From an uncultured Alistipes sp. (lineage in GTDB: Bacteria; Bacteroidota; Bacteroidia; Bacteroidales; Rikenellaceae): a DNA stretch of 64,000 nucleotides. A program made the position numbers and the translations under genes. Below, in pieces: positions 36,260 to 45,382 of this stretch. The notes under the pieces are model-generated. The model worked only from the letters and a program-made list of their open reading frames with translations, was not told where the DNA came from and made no database searches. The stretch lies in assembly GCF_910580175.1 (NCBI RefSeq), contig NZ_CAJTXD010000001.1, forward strand, positions 10,597-74,596, given 5' to 3'. Position 1 is the first letter of the stretch. Every line of letters begins with the position of its first letter.

Positions 36260-39220
36260 ATGAAAAAAATACTGCTTACCACCCTGCTTACTTTGATTGC
36301 AGCCGTTACGTTTGCCCAGAAAGGCAGCGTCACGGCGACGATTCTCGACGAAGAGACTGGAGAGCCGGTTGCCGGTGCCGTCCTGACGGTCGCGCCCGTG
36401 AAAGCTCCGGAGAAGAAACAGTATCTCACTTCGGCTTATCGGGGTGCGGTCTCGATTCCGTCGCTTCCTTATGGCGAGTATACCTTGTCCGTTTCGTTCT
36501 TGGGGTATAATAATTATGATACGACGTTTACGGTCTCGGCTGCGCGGCAGAATATCGGCGACATCCGGTTGAAGCCCGGCGTGCAGATACAGACCGTGGT
36601 CAAGGAGGTCAAGGCGCTGCGTACCTCGCAGAAGGGCGATACGGTAAGTTACAATGCCGGGGCATTCAAGGTCGTGGCCGATGCCGATGTGGAGGGCCTT
36701 TTGAAGAAGATGCCCGGCATCACGATCACCGACGGCACGGTCGAGGCCCAGGGCGAGGAGGTCAAGAAGATTTTTGTCGACGGCAAGGAGTTCTTCGGCG
36801 AGGATGTCACTACGGCCATCAAGTCGCTGCCGGCGCAGGCGGTCGACCGCATCGAGGTGTACAACAAGTTGAGCGATGCCGCCGAATTCTCGGGCATGGA
36901 CGATGGCGAAGGCTATAAGGCGATCAATATCGTGACCCATGAAAACATGCGTCAGGGGCAGTTCGGCAAGGTCTATGCCGGGTTGGGTTACGATGCCGAC
37001 ACCAAAACCGAGGATAAGTTCAAATACATCGCTGGTGGCAACGTGAATATTTTCAACCGCGATAGCCGCATATCGGTCATCGGGCTTTTCAACAATGTGA
37101 ACCAGCAGAATTTCTCGTTCGAAGACATTCTCGGCGTGTCGGGCAGCACGGGCGGCGGTCGTCGTCGCGGCGTGGGTCAGTATATGGTGCGGCCGCAGGA
37201 TGGCGTGGCCAGCGTCAATGCGTTGGGTGTCAACTATTCCGATACGTGGGGCAAGCGCGATCAGGTGTCGTTCCAGGGTAGTTATTTTTTCAATAACACC
37301 GATACGGAAAACCGTTCGACGGTCGAAAAATGGTATGCCACGCCGATGGCCGATACGCTTTCGACCAACGGTTATTCCGATACGCAGGCCTACAACCATC
37401 GTTTCAACGCCCGTTTGGAGTGGAAAATTTCGGAGAATCAGAATCTGATGATCCGTCCCGGGTTCAGCTACCAGTCCAACGACCCGTGGAGCCGGACGCA
37501 GGGGTGGCAATACGGCCAGAGCGGCTACTCCCCCACCGACAATTTCAAAGAGGGAACCCGCCACGGCTACAATATCCGCACCAACGCCATCTACCGTGCC
37601 AAGTTGGGCAAGGTTGGGCGTACGATCACTTTGGACGGGATGTTCCGTTATTCGGATTTCACTAATTCCTCCGATTCCTATTCCAACGTTATGGCCGCTT
37701 CGCCGGTACGTCCCGACGGTAGCGATGTGCCGTGGGGTTGGAATCCTACGGGGAGTTATGTCGATCCGGTTACCGAGGAGGTAAAAAGCTATACCCAGTT
37801 GCGGTATTTGCGCACCTTGGCTCCGTCGCGCAGCCATTCGTTGCGCGGAGAGTTTACCTATACCGAGCCGGTGGCCGAACATGCGCAGGTCTCGGTGCAG
37901 TATCGTGCCGAGTACGACCACCAGGAGCGCGACAACAAAAGCTACATCACGGGCGCCGATTTTTCGATCGCAGGTCTCCCCTACGAGCCGTCGTTGTCCA
38001 ATTCCTACGAGAGCAATTATCTGACCCAGCGTGTCGGCCCCGGTTTCCGCTACTCCAAGGAGCGCAATACGTTCGTTGCCAACGTCTACTATCAGCGTGC
38101 GTCGCTCGAAGGTCGGGTCATGCAGACCGATGCCGAGAAAATCAAGCATAATTACAACAATGTGCTTTACTTCATGATGGGCCAGTTGAATATCAACCGC
38201 GAGAATTCGTTGCGGCTGTTCGTCTCGTCGTATACCGATAACCCTTCGGTGTCGCAGTTGCAGAGTATTTTCGATGTCTCCGATGCGCAGTATATTTCGA
38301 GCGGCAATGTCGATCTGAACCCCTCCTACTACCATCGGGTCAATTTCCATTATACCAATTCCAACGTGGAAAAGGGCCGCACGTTCATGTGGATGTTTTC
38401 CATGCAGGCCGCTTCGGACTACATTACCAACGACGTACAGTATAATGGTACGGTGTCTATTCCGGGTGTGAACGATAATTATTCCTATCTTCAGTATTCG
38501 CGGCCGGTAAACATGAGCGGTTATTGGAATTTGATGACCCACGTCAGCTACGGTCTGCCCGTCGGGTTCCTCAAGAGCAATTTCAACGTCATGGCCGGCG
38601 TGATCTATACGCTCACGCCCAGCCGGATCGACGGCGTGCGCAACGAGACCAGCAACATGGGTTACGATTTCCGGGCCGTCTTGGGCAGCAACATTTCAGA
38701 GAATGTGGATTTCACGCTTTCGTGGAACGGCACTTACAACGAGGCTAAAAACTCGCTCAATGCTGCCGCCGGCAAGAACCGTTACTTCAGCCATAAGGCC
38801 GAAGGAACTTTGAAAGTCGTTTTCCCGTTGGGTTTCACGCTTACTGCCAGTGCTGCCTATACGCAGTATGTCGGTTTTACCAACGATTACAACGACGATT
38901 ATTTGTTGTGCAACGCCTGGATCGGCAAGAAACTTTTCCGCAACCATCGGGGCGAGATCATGATCGGTGTCAACGACATGTTCAACCAGAACAAGGCATT
39001 CGTCCGCACCGTAGGTTCGGGTTGGACGCAGAATGCGACGAACAGCGTCGTGGGCCGTTATTACATGGTGCAGTTTACCTACAACCTGCGTCACTTCGGC
39101 AAGAAAGGGTCCAGGAATATGAAAGACTACGGAATGGAGCAGCCGACTCCGCGCCGCGGGATGATGGGCCCGGGGGCCGGCGGGCCTCCTCCGGGCGGTT
39201 TCCGCGGCGGGCCGAGATAG
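36260..39220 (+). CDS. outer membrane beta-barrel protein with an N-terminal carboxypeptidase-regulatory-like domain (TonB-dependent-receptor-like)
   Basis: ATG at 36260 (MKKILLTTLLTLIAAVTFAQ). CarbopepD_reg-like stretch GSVTATILDEETGEPVAGAVLTV and plug-like LLKKMPGITITDG. Long alternating beta pattern ending FTYNLRHF, then a 40-aa Gly/Pro tail. Confidence 0.85.
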   Translation: MKKILLTTLLTLIAAVTFAQKGSVTATILDEETGEPVAGAVLTVAPVKAPEKKQYLTSAYRGAVSIPSLPYGEYTLSVSFLGYNNYDTTFTVSAARQNIGDIRLKPGVQIQTVVKEVKALRTSQKGDTVSYNAGAFKVVADADVEGLLKKMPGITITDGTVEAQGEEVKKIFVDGKEFFGEDVTTAIKSLPAQAVDRIEVYNKLSDAAEFSGMDDGEGYKAINIVTHENMRQGQFGKVYAGLGYDADTKTEDKFKYIAGGNVNIFNRDSRISVIGLFNNVNQQNFSFEDILGVSGSTGGGRRRGVGQYMVRPQDGVASVNALGVNYSDTWGKRDQVSFQGSYFFNNTDTENRSTVEKWYATPMADTLSTNGYSDTQAYNHRFNARLEWKISENQNLMIRPGFSYQSNDPWSRTQGWQYGQSGYSPTDNFKEGTRHGYNIRTNAIYRAKLGKVGRTITLDGMFRYSDFTNSSDSYSNVMAASPVRPDGSDVPWGWNPTGSYVDPVTEEVKSYTQLRYLRTLAPSRSHSLRGEFTYTEPVAEHAQVSVQYRAEYDHQERDNKSYITGADFSIAGLPYEPSLSNSYESNYLTQRVGPGFRYSKERNTFVANVYYQRASLEGRVMQTDAEKIKHNYNNVLYFMMGQLNINRENSLRLFVSSYTDNPSVSQLQSIFDVSDAQYISSGNVDLNPSYYHRVNFHYTNSNVEKGRTFMWMFSMQAASDYITNDVQYNGTVSIPGVNDNYSYLQYSRPVNMSGYWNLMTHVSYGLPVGFLKSNFNVMAGVIYTLTPSRIDGVRNETSNMGYDFRAVLGSNISENVDFTLSWNGTYNEAKNSLNAAAGKNRYFSHKAEGTLKVVFPLGFTLTASAAYTQYVGFTNDYNDDYLLCNAWIGKKLFRNHRGEIMIGVNDMFNQNKAFVRTVGSGWTQNATNSVVGRYYMVQFTYNLRHFGKKGSRNMKDYGMEQPTPRRGMMGPGAGGPPPGGFRGGPR

Positions 39221-39270
39221 CCGATGCGGATTCGCCGCACCTCCTGCCGGTTCTTATGCTTCGATCATGG

Positions 39271-39306
39271 AATCGCCCCTGCTGGAAAAATTCCGCAGGG
39301 GCGATT
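39271..39306. terminator. 12-bp hairpin between convergent genes
   Basis: AATCGCCCCTGC (39271-39282) pairs with GCAGGGGCGATT (39295-39306). Confidence 0.6.
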
Positions 39307-39334
39307 GCGTATTGCGATCGTACGACGGACGGTT

Positions 39335-40555
39335 CTATTCGGCGTCTTGTCCGCAGCGATCCGCTTGTTCTTTTTTGAGCACGAGGTGGATTCCGATGCA
39401 GGCCAGACCGCCGTAGACGACTCCCAGGATGACGAGCGCCTTGATTTCGTCGAAAACCTCCGAGAGCGATGCGCCCATGGTCTGTATGCGGATGAATGCG
39501 TTCACGCCGTGGCTGCTCGGAAATATCTGACCGAAGTTGTAGAGCCAGTCGGGCATGCCTTCGCGCGGATACGATACGCCGCTGAGCATCAGCAGCGGGA
39601 TCGAAGTCCAGAGCAGCAGCAGCAACGAGTTTTCCCGATAGCGGAACAGCGTAGATACGGCGATGCTCAAGGCGATGCAGGCGATCATGTAGACGGCCAG
39701 GAACAGCAGGATGGTTCCTGTCGCGCCGTTCATCGGATAGTGGAACAGCCGGTAATGCAGTGCCAGCACATAGAAGCAGGTAACGGCATAGATCGAGAGG
39801 TAGACCAGACCGCGCCCCACCACGATCGGCAGCGTCGACATGCGCCGGCGGGCCGGCGGGCAGAGCTTGTGATAGAGGCCGTGTTCGCGCCACGTGCCGC
39901 CGATCATGCCGATGCCGATGAGCATCGTCTGTTGAATGATTACCATGATGATCGCCGGCATGACGAACGTCCCGTAGCCCAAGTAGGGATTGAAGATGTT
40001 GTGTGCTTGGTAGATTACCGGTTGGGTAACGGCCTGGGCCTGCGGAATGTTGGCCCCTTTGGCGATCAGGCGTTGGAATTCCACCATGGCTCCCGTTTTG
40101 CCGATCGAGGTAACGACTTCCTGGAACACTTGGCGGTACATCAGGAAATAGCTCGCATCGCAGTAGATCGCCACAACGGCTTGCTGTCCGCCGAGCAGTT
40201 TCTCCTCGTAGTCGGACGGAATGTAGACTACGCCGTAGATCTTGCGGTCGAAAAACAGGTTTTTGGCCTCTTCCATGTCCGTAGGATTGTAGGCCACGTA
40301 GGTGTTGGGGCCGGCGTTGAACGATTCGACCAGACTGCGGCTCGTGGAGGTCTGCGATTGGTCGATCACGCCGATCGGCACGTTGCGCAGGACTTGCGGT
40401 GCATAGGCCAGCGAATAGGCCGTGGAATAGATCAGCAGTGCGAAGATCAAGATCAACATTGCACCGCCGTCCGAGAAGATCGTGCGGTATTCGTTGCTCA
40501 TGACCGAGCGCAACTGTTGCCAGTAGGATTCGATTTGTCTTAAGAAACGGCTCAT
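39335..40555 (-). CDS. ABC-2 type transporter permease (YhhJ/YbhR-like)
   Basis: One N-terminal TM, a large loop, then 5 C-terminal TMs. Paralogous to the adjacent gene. Confidence 0.85.
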   Translation of the reverse strand: MSRFLRQIESYWQQLRSVMSNEYRTIFSDGGAMLILIFALLIYSTAYSLAYAPQVLRNVPIGVIDQSQTSTSRSLVESFNAGPNTYVAYNPTDMEEAKNLFFDRKIYGVVYIPSDYEEKLLGGQQAVVAIYCDASYFLMYRQVFQEVVTSIGKTGAMVEFQRLIAKGANIPQAQAVTQPVIYQAHNIFNPYLGYGTFVMPAIIMVIIQQTMLIGIGMIGGTWREHGLYHKLCPPARRRMSTLPIVVGRGLVYLSIYAVTCFYVLALHYRLFHYPMNGATGTILLFLAVYMIACIALSIAVSTLFRYRENSLLLLLWTSIPLLMLSGVSYPREGMPDWLYNFGQIFPSSHGVNAFIRIQTMGASLSEVFDEIKALVILGVVYGGLACIGIHLVLKKEQADRCGQDAE

Positions 40556-40556
40556 G

Positions 40557-41732
40557 CTACGACCTCCCCCAGAATTTTTCTTCGGTGCAGATGCGCCGCA
40601 GGCGCGGCAGGCACAGAAGCGGTAAAACGATGAACAATGCCATACCCCCCAGGTCGGGCAGCGAGCAAATGGCCGGTGCGCCGCGCAGCATCTGGTCGAC
40701 GAACAGATCGGTGTAGTAGGTAAACGGGAAAATCTTGCTGACGACCCGCATGGCAGGATACATGGCCATGATCGGGAATGTGAGACCCGAGAACGTGAAG
40801 GCCAGCACCGAGTATCCGCCGCCCAGCGAGAGCGACAGCCGCAGGTTGGCCATCAGCGAGACGATCGATACCGAGATCGACTGATAGCTGACGATGAAAA
40901 GCAGCGTGCCCGCAAGAATCAGGGTCAGACTGCCGTTGAGCGGTACGCCTACGACCTTGAAAATGATCGTGAACATGACCAGCGACAGCAGGAACATCGC
41001 CGCCGTCACGGGCAGCAGTTTGCCCAGCAGGGCCGCACCGACCGAATCGTCGGCCGTGCGGAGCCATTCGCGGGCCGTGCCGTTTTTCAGCTCGGTGCCT
41101 ATCGAAAAGACGGTTACCATGACGATGAAGATAAGCATCATCATGGGCATGAAGCTCGGCGAGAGGTAGTACCCGTAGTTGATGTAGGGGTTGAACAGCA
41201 CGTGTTTGTCGAACCGCACGGGTTGCAGCTGCGCCATGGCCTGGCGTTCGGTCAGCCCTTGCTTGGTAAGCAGCTGGATCTGAATGCCCGCTCCGAACAT
41301 GGTCACGGCGGTCTGTATGTCTTTCGACAGCAGGCCGTTTACCGTGATGTTGCTGCCCGAGATGTAGGCTTCGAGATGGGTCTGCGTGTTGCTCAGTATG
41401 TTTTTTTCGAAGAACGCCGGAATCTGCACGACGGCCGATATGCGTCCTTCGCGCATCAGCCTTTCGCCTTCCTCCATCGACTGGATGCCGTAAGCTATCT
41501 GGGCCGTGGGTGTGTCCTCGATCATTTGGGTAACCTTGCGCGAAAGCGTCGAATGGTCTTCGTCCAGCACTGCGATCGGAATGTCGCGCGCCACGCCCTT
41601 GTGGAAAAGGATCGCGAAAAAGATGAACGACGTCAGCGGCAGCGCCACCATCAGCACCCCGTACATGGGTTGACGGCGCAGGCGTCGCATCTCGCGCTCC
41701 ACCACTGCGAAAGTATTGCGCAGGAAGCCCAT
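40557..41732 (-). CDS. ABC-2 type transporter permease (YhhJ/YbhS-like)
   Basis: VVEREMRRLRRQPMY N-terminus typical of the family. Same topology as its neighbour. Confidence 0.85.
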   Translation of the reverse strand: MGFLRNTFAVVEREMRRLRRQPMYGVLMVALPLTSFIFFAILFHKGVARDIPIAVLDEDHSTLSRKVTQMIEDTPTAQIAYGIQSMEEGERLMREGRISAVVQIPAFFEKNILSNTQTHLEAYISGSNITVNGLLSKDIQTAVTMFGAGIQIQLLTKQGLTERQAMAQLQPVRFDKHVLFNPYINYGYYLSPSFMPMMMLIFIVMVTVFSIGTELKNGTAREWLRTADDSVGAALLGKLLPVTAAMFLLSLVMFTIIFKVVGVPLNGSLTLILAGTLLFIVSYQSISVSIVSLMANLRLSLSLGGGYSVLAFTFSGLTFPIMAMYPAMRVVSKIFPFTYYTDLFVDQMLRGAPAICSLPDLGGMALFIVLPLLCLPRLRRICTEEKFWGRS

Positions 41733-41736
41733 CCGC

Positions 41737-42726
41737 CTATTCGTTGAATTGATCCCAGTCGACCAGTACGCTCATGCCCGGACGCAGGTTCATGATGCCG
41801 CCCACCGGCTTGGCCTTGACGGCGAACGTGCGGATGTCGAAACCGCCCTGCGTGCGGGTCGCAGCCCAAGTGGCGAAGTCGGCCTGCACCGAGATGTAGG
41901 TCACTTCGAATTCTACGGTGTAGTCCAGGGCCGGGATATATCCGCACATGCGGGTGCCGATCTTGATTGCCGGCAACAGGGTTTCCTTGATGTTGAAGGT
42001 TACCCACATGTCGCTCGTGTCCAGGATGGCCACCACCGGATAGCCGCTGCCGACAAGCTCGCCCGTCTCGGCGATGATCGTCGACACTTCGCCGGTCACG
42101 GGCGAATAGACCATGGCATCGCTGATGTAGGATTCCACTTCGTTGACGGCACCTTCGGCTTGCTGCACCTTGGCGGCCGCTGCGGCCTTGTCTTCCTTGC
42201 GGGCGCCGTCTTTGGCCATGTCGTATTGTGCCTTGGCGGCTTGTGCCGTGGCTTTCATGGCGTTGTAATTGGCCGAGGCTTCGTCGAGTTTCTGGGCCGG
42301 TACGACACCTTGGTCATAGAGGTTCTTTACCCGTTCATAGGTCTTGCGCGCCAGTTCCAGCCCGGCCTGCGCCTTTTCCCACATGCTCAGGGCCGCTTCG
42401 ATCTGTTGGATGCGGGCACCCGCTACGGCTGCGGCGTCCAATGCCGATGCGGCCGTTTTCACAGCTTCGGCTTGTTGCAGTTTGGCGTCCAGTTCCGGTG
42501 TCGAAAGCGTGTAGAGCAATTGTCCTTGTTCGACGTGTTGTCCTTGCGTTACTTTCATGCAGTCGATGCGTCCGGGAACCTTGGACGAAGCTTTGTAGGT
42601 CGTGCATTCGACCGTGCCTTGAATCAGCATCGGGGTGTGCTTGGTCAGATAGCGGCTGATGAGCACGACCGCCAGAACGATGACCGCTGCTGCGGCTACG
42701 ATTCCAATGATGTTTTTGCGTTTCAT
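41737..42726 (-). CDS. HlyD family periplasmic adaptor
   Basis: N-terminal TM, a lipoyl-like motif (GRIDCMKVTQGQHVEQGQLLYTL), a long coiled coil, and a beta-barrel C-terminus. Confidence 0.9.
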   Translation of the reverse strand: MKRKNIIGIVAAAAVIVLAVVLISRYLTKHTPMLIQGTVECTTYKASSKVPGRIDCMKVTQGQHVEQGQLLYTLSTPELDAKLQQAEAVKTAASALDAAAVAGARIQQIEAALSMWEKAQAGLELARKTYERVKNLYDQGVVPAQKLDEASANYNAMKATAQAAKAQYDMAKDGARKEDKAAAAAKVQQAEGAVNEVESYISDAMVYSPVTGEVSTIIAETGELVGSGYPVVAILDTSDMWVTFNIKETLLPAIKIGTRMCGYIPALDYTVEFEVTYISVQADFATWAATRTQGGFDIRTFAVKAKPVGGIMNLRPGMSVLVDWDQFNE

Positions 42727-42738
42727 ATCGTTTGTCTT

Positions 42739-44202
42739 TTATTTTTTGTCGAAAAGGATAGGCCGGGCGTCGCTGCGGCGCGCATAGGCGGGGAATTCTT
42801 CGCTCAATCCGGCGGCTTCGAGCAGCTGCGCCAGAAGTTTGTCATAGTTGAAGGCTGCCTGCAACCGTTCGGCACGTACGCCGGCCAGGTTCAGTTCGGC
42901 GTCGATCAAGTCCGACGAGGAAGCCATACCCTCCAGGAATGCGGCATTTTTCATGCGCAGATATTCTTCGGCGAATGCCAGCGAGGCATCGATCGAGGTC
43001 ATTTGGTTGCGGTAGTTCTGCAATTGGTTGTAGAGTTGCTCGACCAGCACCGAGATGTCTTTTTCAGCTTTGTTCTGCAACTCTCCTACCCGTCGTACGG
43101 TCTGCTTGGCCGCCGAATATTTGTATTCGCGGTTCAGACCGTCGAAAATCTTGATGTTCACTCCTACGCCCACGGCCCAGCGGGGCACCAGACCGGCCAC
43201 TTGATAGTTGTAGAACGAGCCGCCGCCCATCGCCACGACTTGCGGCAGGAAAGCGCTGCGCTGTACCTTTACGCCTTCTTGGGCTAGGTCGCGTTTGAGC
43301 GTTACCTGGTTCAGCAGAGGGTTGCGGTCTGCGGCTTGCGCTTGATAGAACGTCAGGTCTTCGATCTTGTCCACGATGAACATCGAGGTAACGGGCAGCA
43401 ACTCTTGGTTGCGGTTGAGCGTGTTTTGCAGGGCGCTCGATATGGTCTGCACCTGTAGGCGCGCATTGGCCAGTTCGCGTTCGGCTTCGGCCAACTTGAA
43501 CTCGACATAAAGCCGTTCGCTCTTGGCGATCATGCCGTTCTGTTCCAGGGCTATGGCATCTTGCAGGTGTTTGCGTACGCCGTCGACTACCTGTTGGCGG
43601 ACGTCGACCACTTGCATGGCCAGCGAGAGTCCGAAATAGCGTTCGACCAGTTCGGATATCAGGGCGTTGCGCGTCTGGTTGCCTTGTTCGATGGCTGTGC
43701 GCTCCTGAATCTTCGCGGCGCGGCCTGCGGCGTTGATCTTGCCGCCCAGCCAGATGGGCATGGTCACTTGTCCGCCTACGAAGCCCAGACTGCGGTCTTG
43801 TACCTTAAGAAACCAGTCGGCACCCAGAATCGGGTCGATGAGTTGCTGGATCGGCGGGATGTACTGGGGCGGCACCATGCCGCTGCCGAGCACCTGGCCC
43901 GCAAGATTCTGCACCGGGCCTTTCATTTCGTTGAAGTCGAATCCGATGTCTTTGGCCATGTAGGCATAAGCGCCCGTGACGCTGATCTGGGGCATGCGCA
44001 GACCGATGGACGCGCGGCGTTCCTGTTGGGCGGCCCGTTCTTCGTATTCTGCTGCCTTCATGGCCGGATTGTCGGCCAGCGTGACGGCGATCGCTTCGTC
44101 GAGCGACAGCGTGGCGGCAGGTTGCTGGGCCGCTGCTTGTGCGAAAAACAGAAGCGAGGCTGCCGGGACGAAGGTCTTGACTGCTATTTTCATAGTGTTC
44201 AT
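42739..44202 (-). CDS. TolC family outer membrane efflux protein
   Basis: Signal peptide. LSLDEAIAVTLADNPAMKAAEYE and duplicated OEP repeats. Confidence 0.9.
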   Translation of the reverse strand: MNTMKIAVKTFVPAASLLFFAQAAAQQPAATLSLDEAIAVTLADNPAMKAAEYEERAAQQERRASIGLRMPQISVTGAYAYMAKDIGFDFNEMKGPVQNLAGQVLGSGMVPPQYIPPIQQLIDPILGADWFLKVQDRSLGFVGGQVTMPIWLGGKINAAGRAAKIQERTAIEQGNQTRNALISELVERYFGLSLAMQVVDVRQQVVDGVRKHLQDAIALEQNGMIAKSERLYVEFKLAEAERELANARLQVQTISSALQNTLNRNQELLPVTSMFIVDKIEDLTFYQAQAADRNPLLNQVTLKRDLAQEGVKVQRSAFLPQVVAMGGGSFYNYQVAGLVPRWAVGVGVNIKIFDGLNREYKYSAAKQTVRRVGELQNKAEKDISVLVEQLYNQLQNYRNQMTSIDASLAFAEEYLRMKNAAFLEGMASSSDLIDAELNLAGVRAERLQAAFNYDKLLAQLLEAAGLSEEFPAYARRSDARPILFDKK

Positions 44203-44216
44203 TGAATTGTAGGTAG

Positions 44217-44224
44217 CAAATATA
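44217..44224 (-). promoter_or_regulatory. -7 box (TAtaTTTG) for the efflux operon
   Basis: Plus-strand caaatata, 15 nt upstream of the tolC-like ATG at 44202. Confidence 0.5.
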
Positions 44225-44302
44225 GCGATAACTCCGCAGGTTGCGGCACTTATCGGTAGTTTAGACCATTTTTATGTCCTTATGGAAACAAAATACGTCT
44301 GT

Positions 44303-45382
44303 TTATTGCCATAGGTGAGCATTCGCCCGGCGCACTTGTTCGGCCAGTTCCGGATAGTATTGCACCCGTACGCCTGCTTCGCGGAGCGTGAGTGCTCCCC
44401 GGCATTCCGCAAACCGGTCGGGTTCGTAGAGGGCGAACGCTGCGTGGGCGAATCCGTGGCGCAGAATCATTGCGGTGCAGCTTTCGGGTTCGCTGGCCCG
44501 GGTCGAGCAGGGTTCCATCGACGAATAGATGGAGGCTCCGTGCAGCGAGACCCCTGCCGCTTCGGCCTTGGCTATGGCTTCTTGTTCGGCATGGTGCGTG
44601 GGCGATGTTTCGTGGGTATGGCCCCGGAAAATTCGGCCGTCGGGCGTCACGACCACAGCACCTACGCAGTAGGATGTGGCGCAAGGCGTGCACTCGAGAC
44701 TTTCGTTCACGGCCATGCGCAGAAAATGCAAGTCGTCGGCCGTGGTGTCGGGCCGGAGCCGCCAGGTGCGGACGTCCATGTTGCCGAACTTTTCGTATGT
44801 GCAGGGCGTGCCTTCGGGCGGTTCGAATGCGAAATGTGCCCTGCCCTGCCCTGCCCCGAGTCGTAGTGCCGGATTTACGGCTATCCGCAGCGTGTCGGCC
44901 AGACCTTCGCGCAGGAACATGCCGAGCACCTGCGCCCCGCCTTCGACGAAAAGCCGGCCGATGCCGCGCTTTTCCAGTTCGGTCACGATCCGGCAGGCCG
45001 ACAGAGGCTTCGGTGCAGAAATGACGGTCGCCGCATGGGCCAGTTCAGGGAGCGGCCGGGGGGAAAAGACATAGCGGTCGGCATCGCCCGTAGTGAAGAA
45101 GCGCAGGGTCGCATCGAGCCGCCCGGAGCCGGTAAGCGTGACTTTGGTCAGATCGGGACGCAGCCCGCGGGCTGTGCGTTGCTTGCGGGCCGTTTCGTCG
45201 CGCAGAAGCAGCGACGGATCGTCGCGCCGCAGGGTTTCGGCACCCGCCAGAATGGCGTCGTATCCGGTGCGCAGACGGTAGACTTCGGCCAGGTCTTCCG
45301 GCGTGGAGACCAGCAGCCGTTCGGAGGAGGTGTCGTCCATGTAGCCGTCGGCCGTGGTGGCGACAGAGAGGGTCACGAACAT
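44303..45382 (-). CDS. RibD-like bifunctional protein with reversed domain order (N-terminal RibD_C reductase, C-terminal deaminase)
   Basis: N-terminus FVTLSVATTADGYMDD...LRTGYDAILAGAETLRRDDPSLLLR (reductase). C-terminus THHAEQEAI...SMEPCSTRASEPESC (zinc deaminase HAE...PC...C). Confidence 0.8.
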   Translation of the reverse strand: MFVTLSVATTADGYMDDTSSERLLVSTPEDLAEVYRLRTGYDAILAGAETLRRDDPSLLLRDETARKQRTARGLRPDLTKVTLTGSGRLDATLRFFTTGDADRYVFSPRPLPELAHAATVISAPKPLSACRIVTELEKRGIGRLFVEGGAQVLGMFLREGLADTLRIAVNPALRLGAGQGRAHFAFEPPEGTPCTYEKFGNMDVRTWRLRPDTTADDLHFLRMAVNESLECTPCATSYCVGAVVVTPDGRIFRGHTHETSPTHHAEQEAIAKAEAAGVSLHGASIYSSMEPCSTRASEPESCTAMILRHGFAHAAFALYEPDRFAECRGALTLREAGVRVQYYPELAEQVRRANAHLWQ

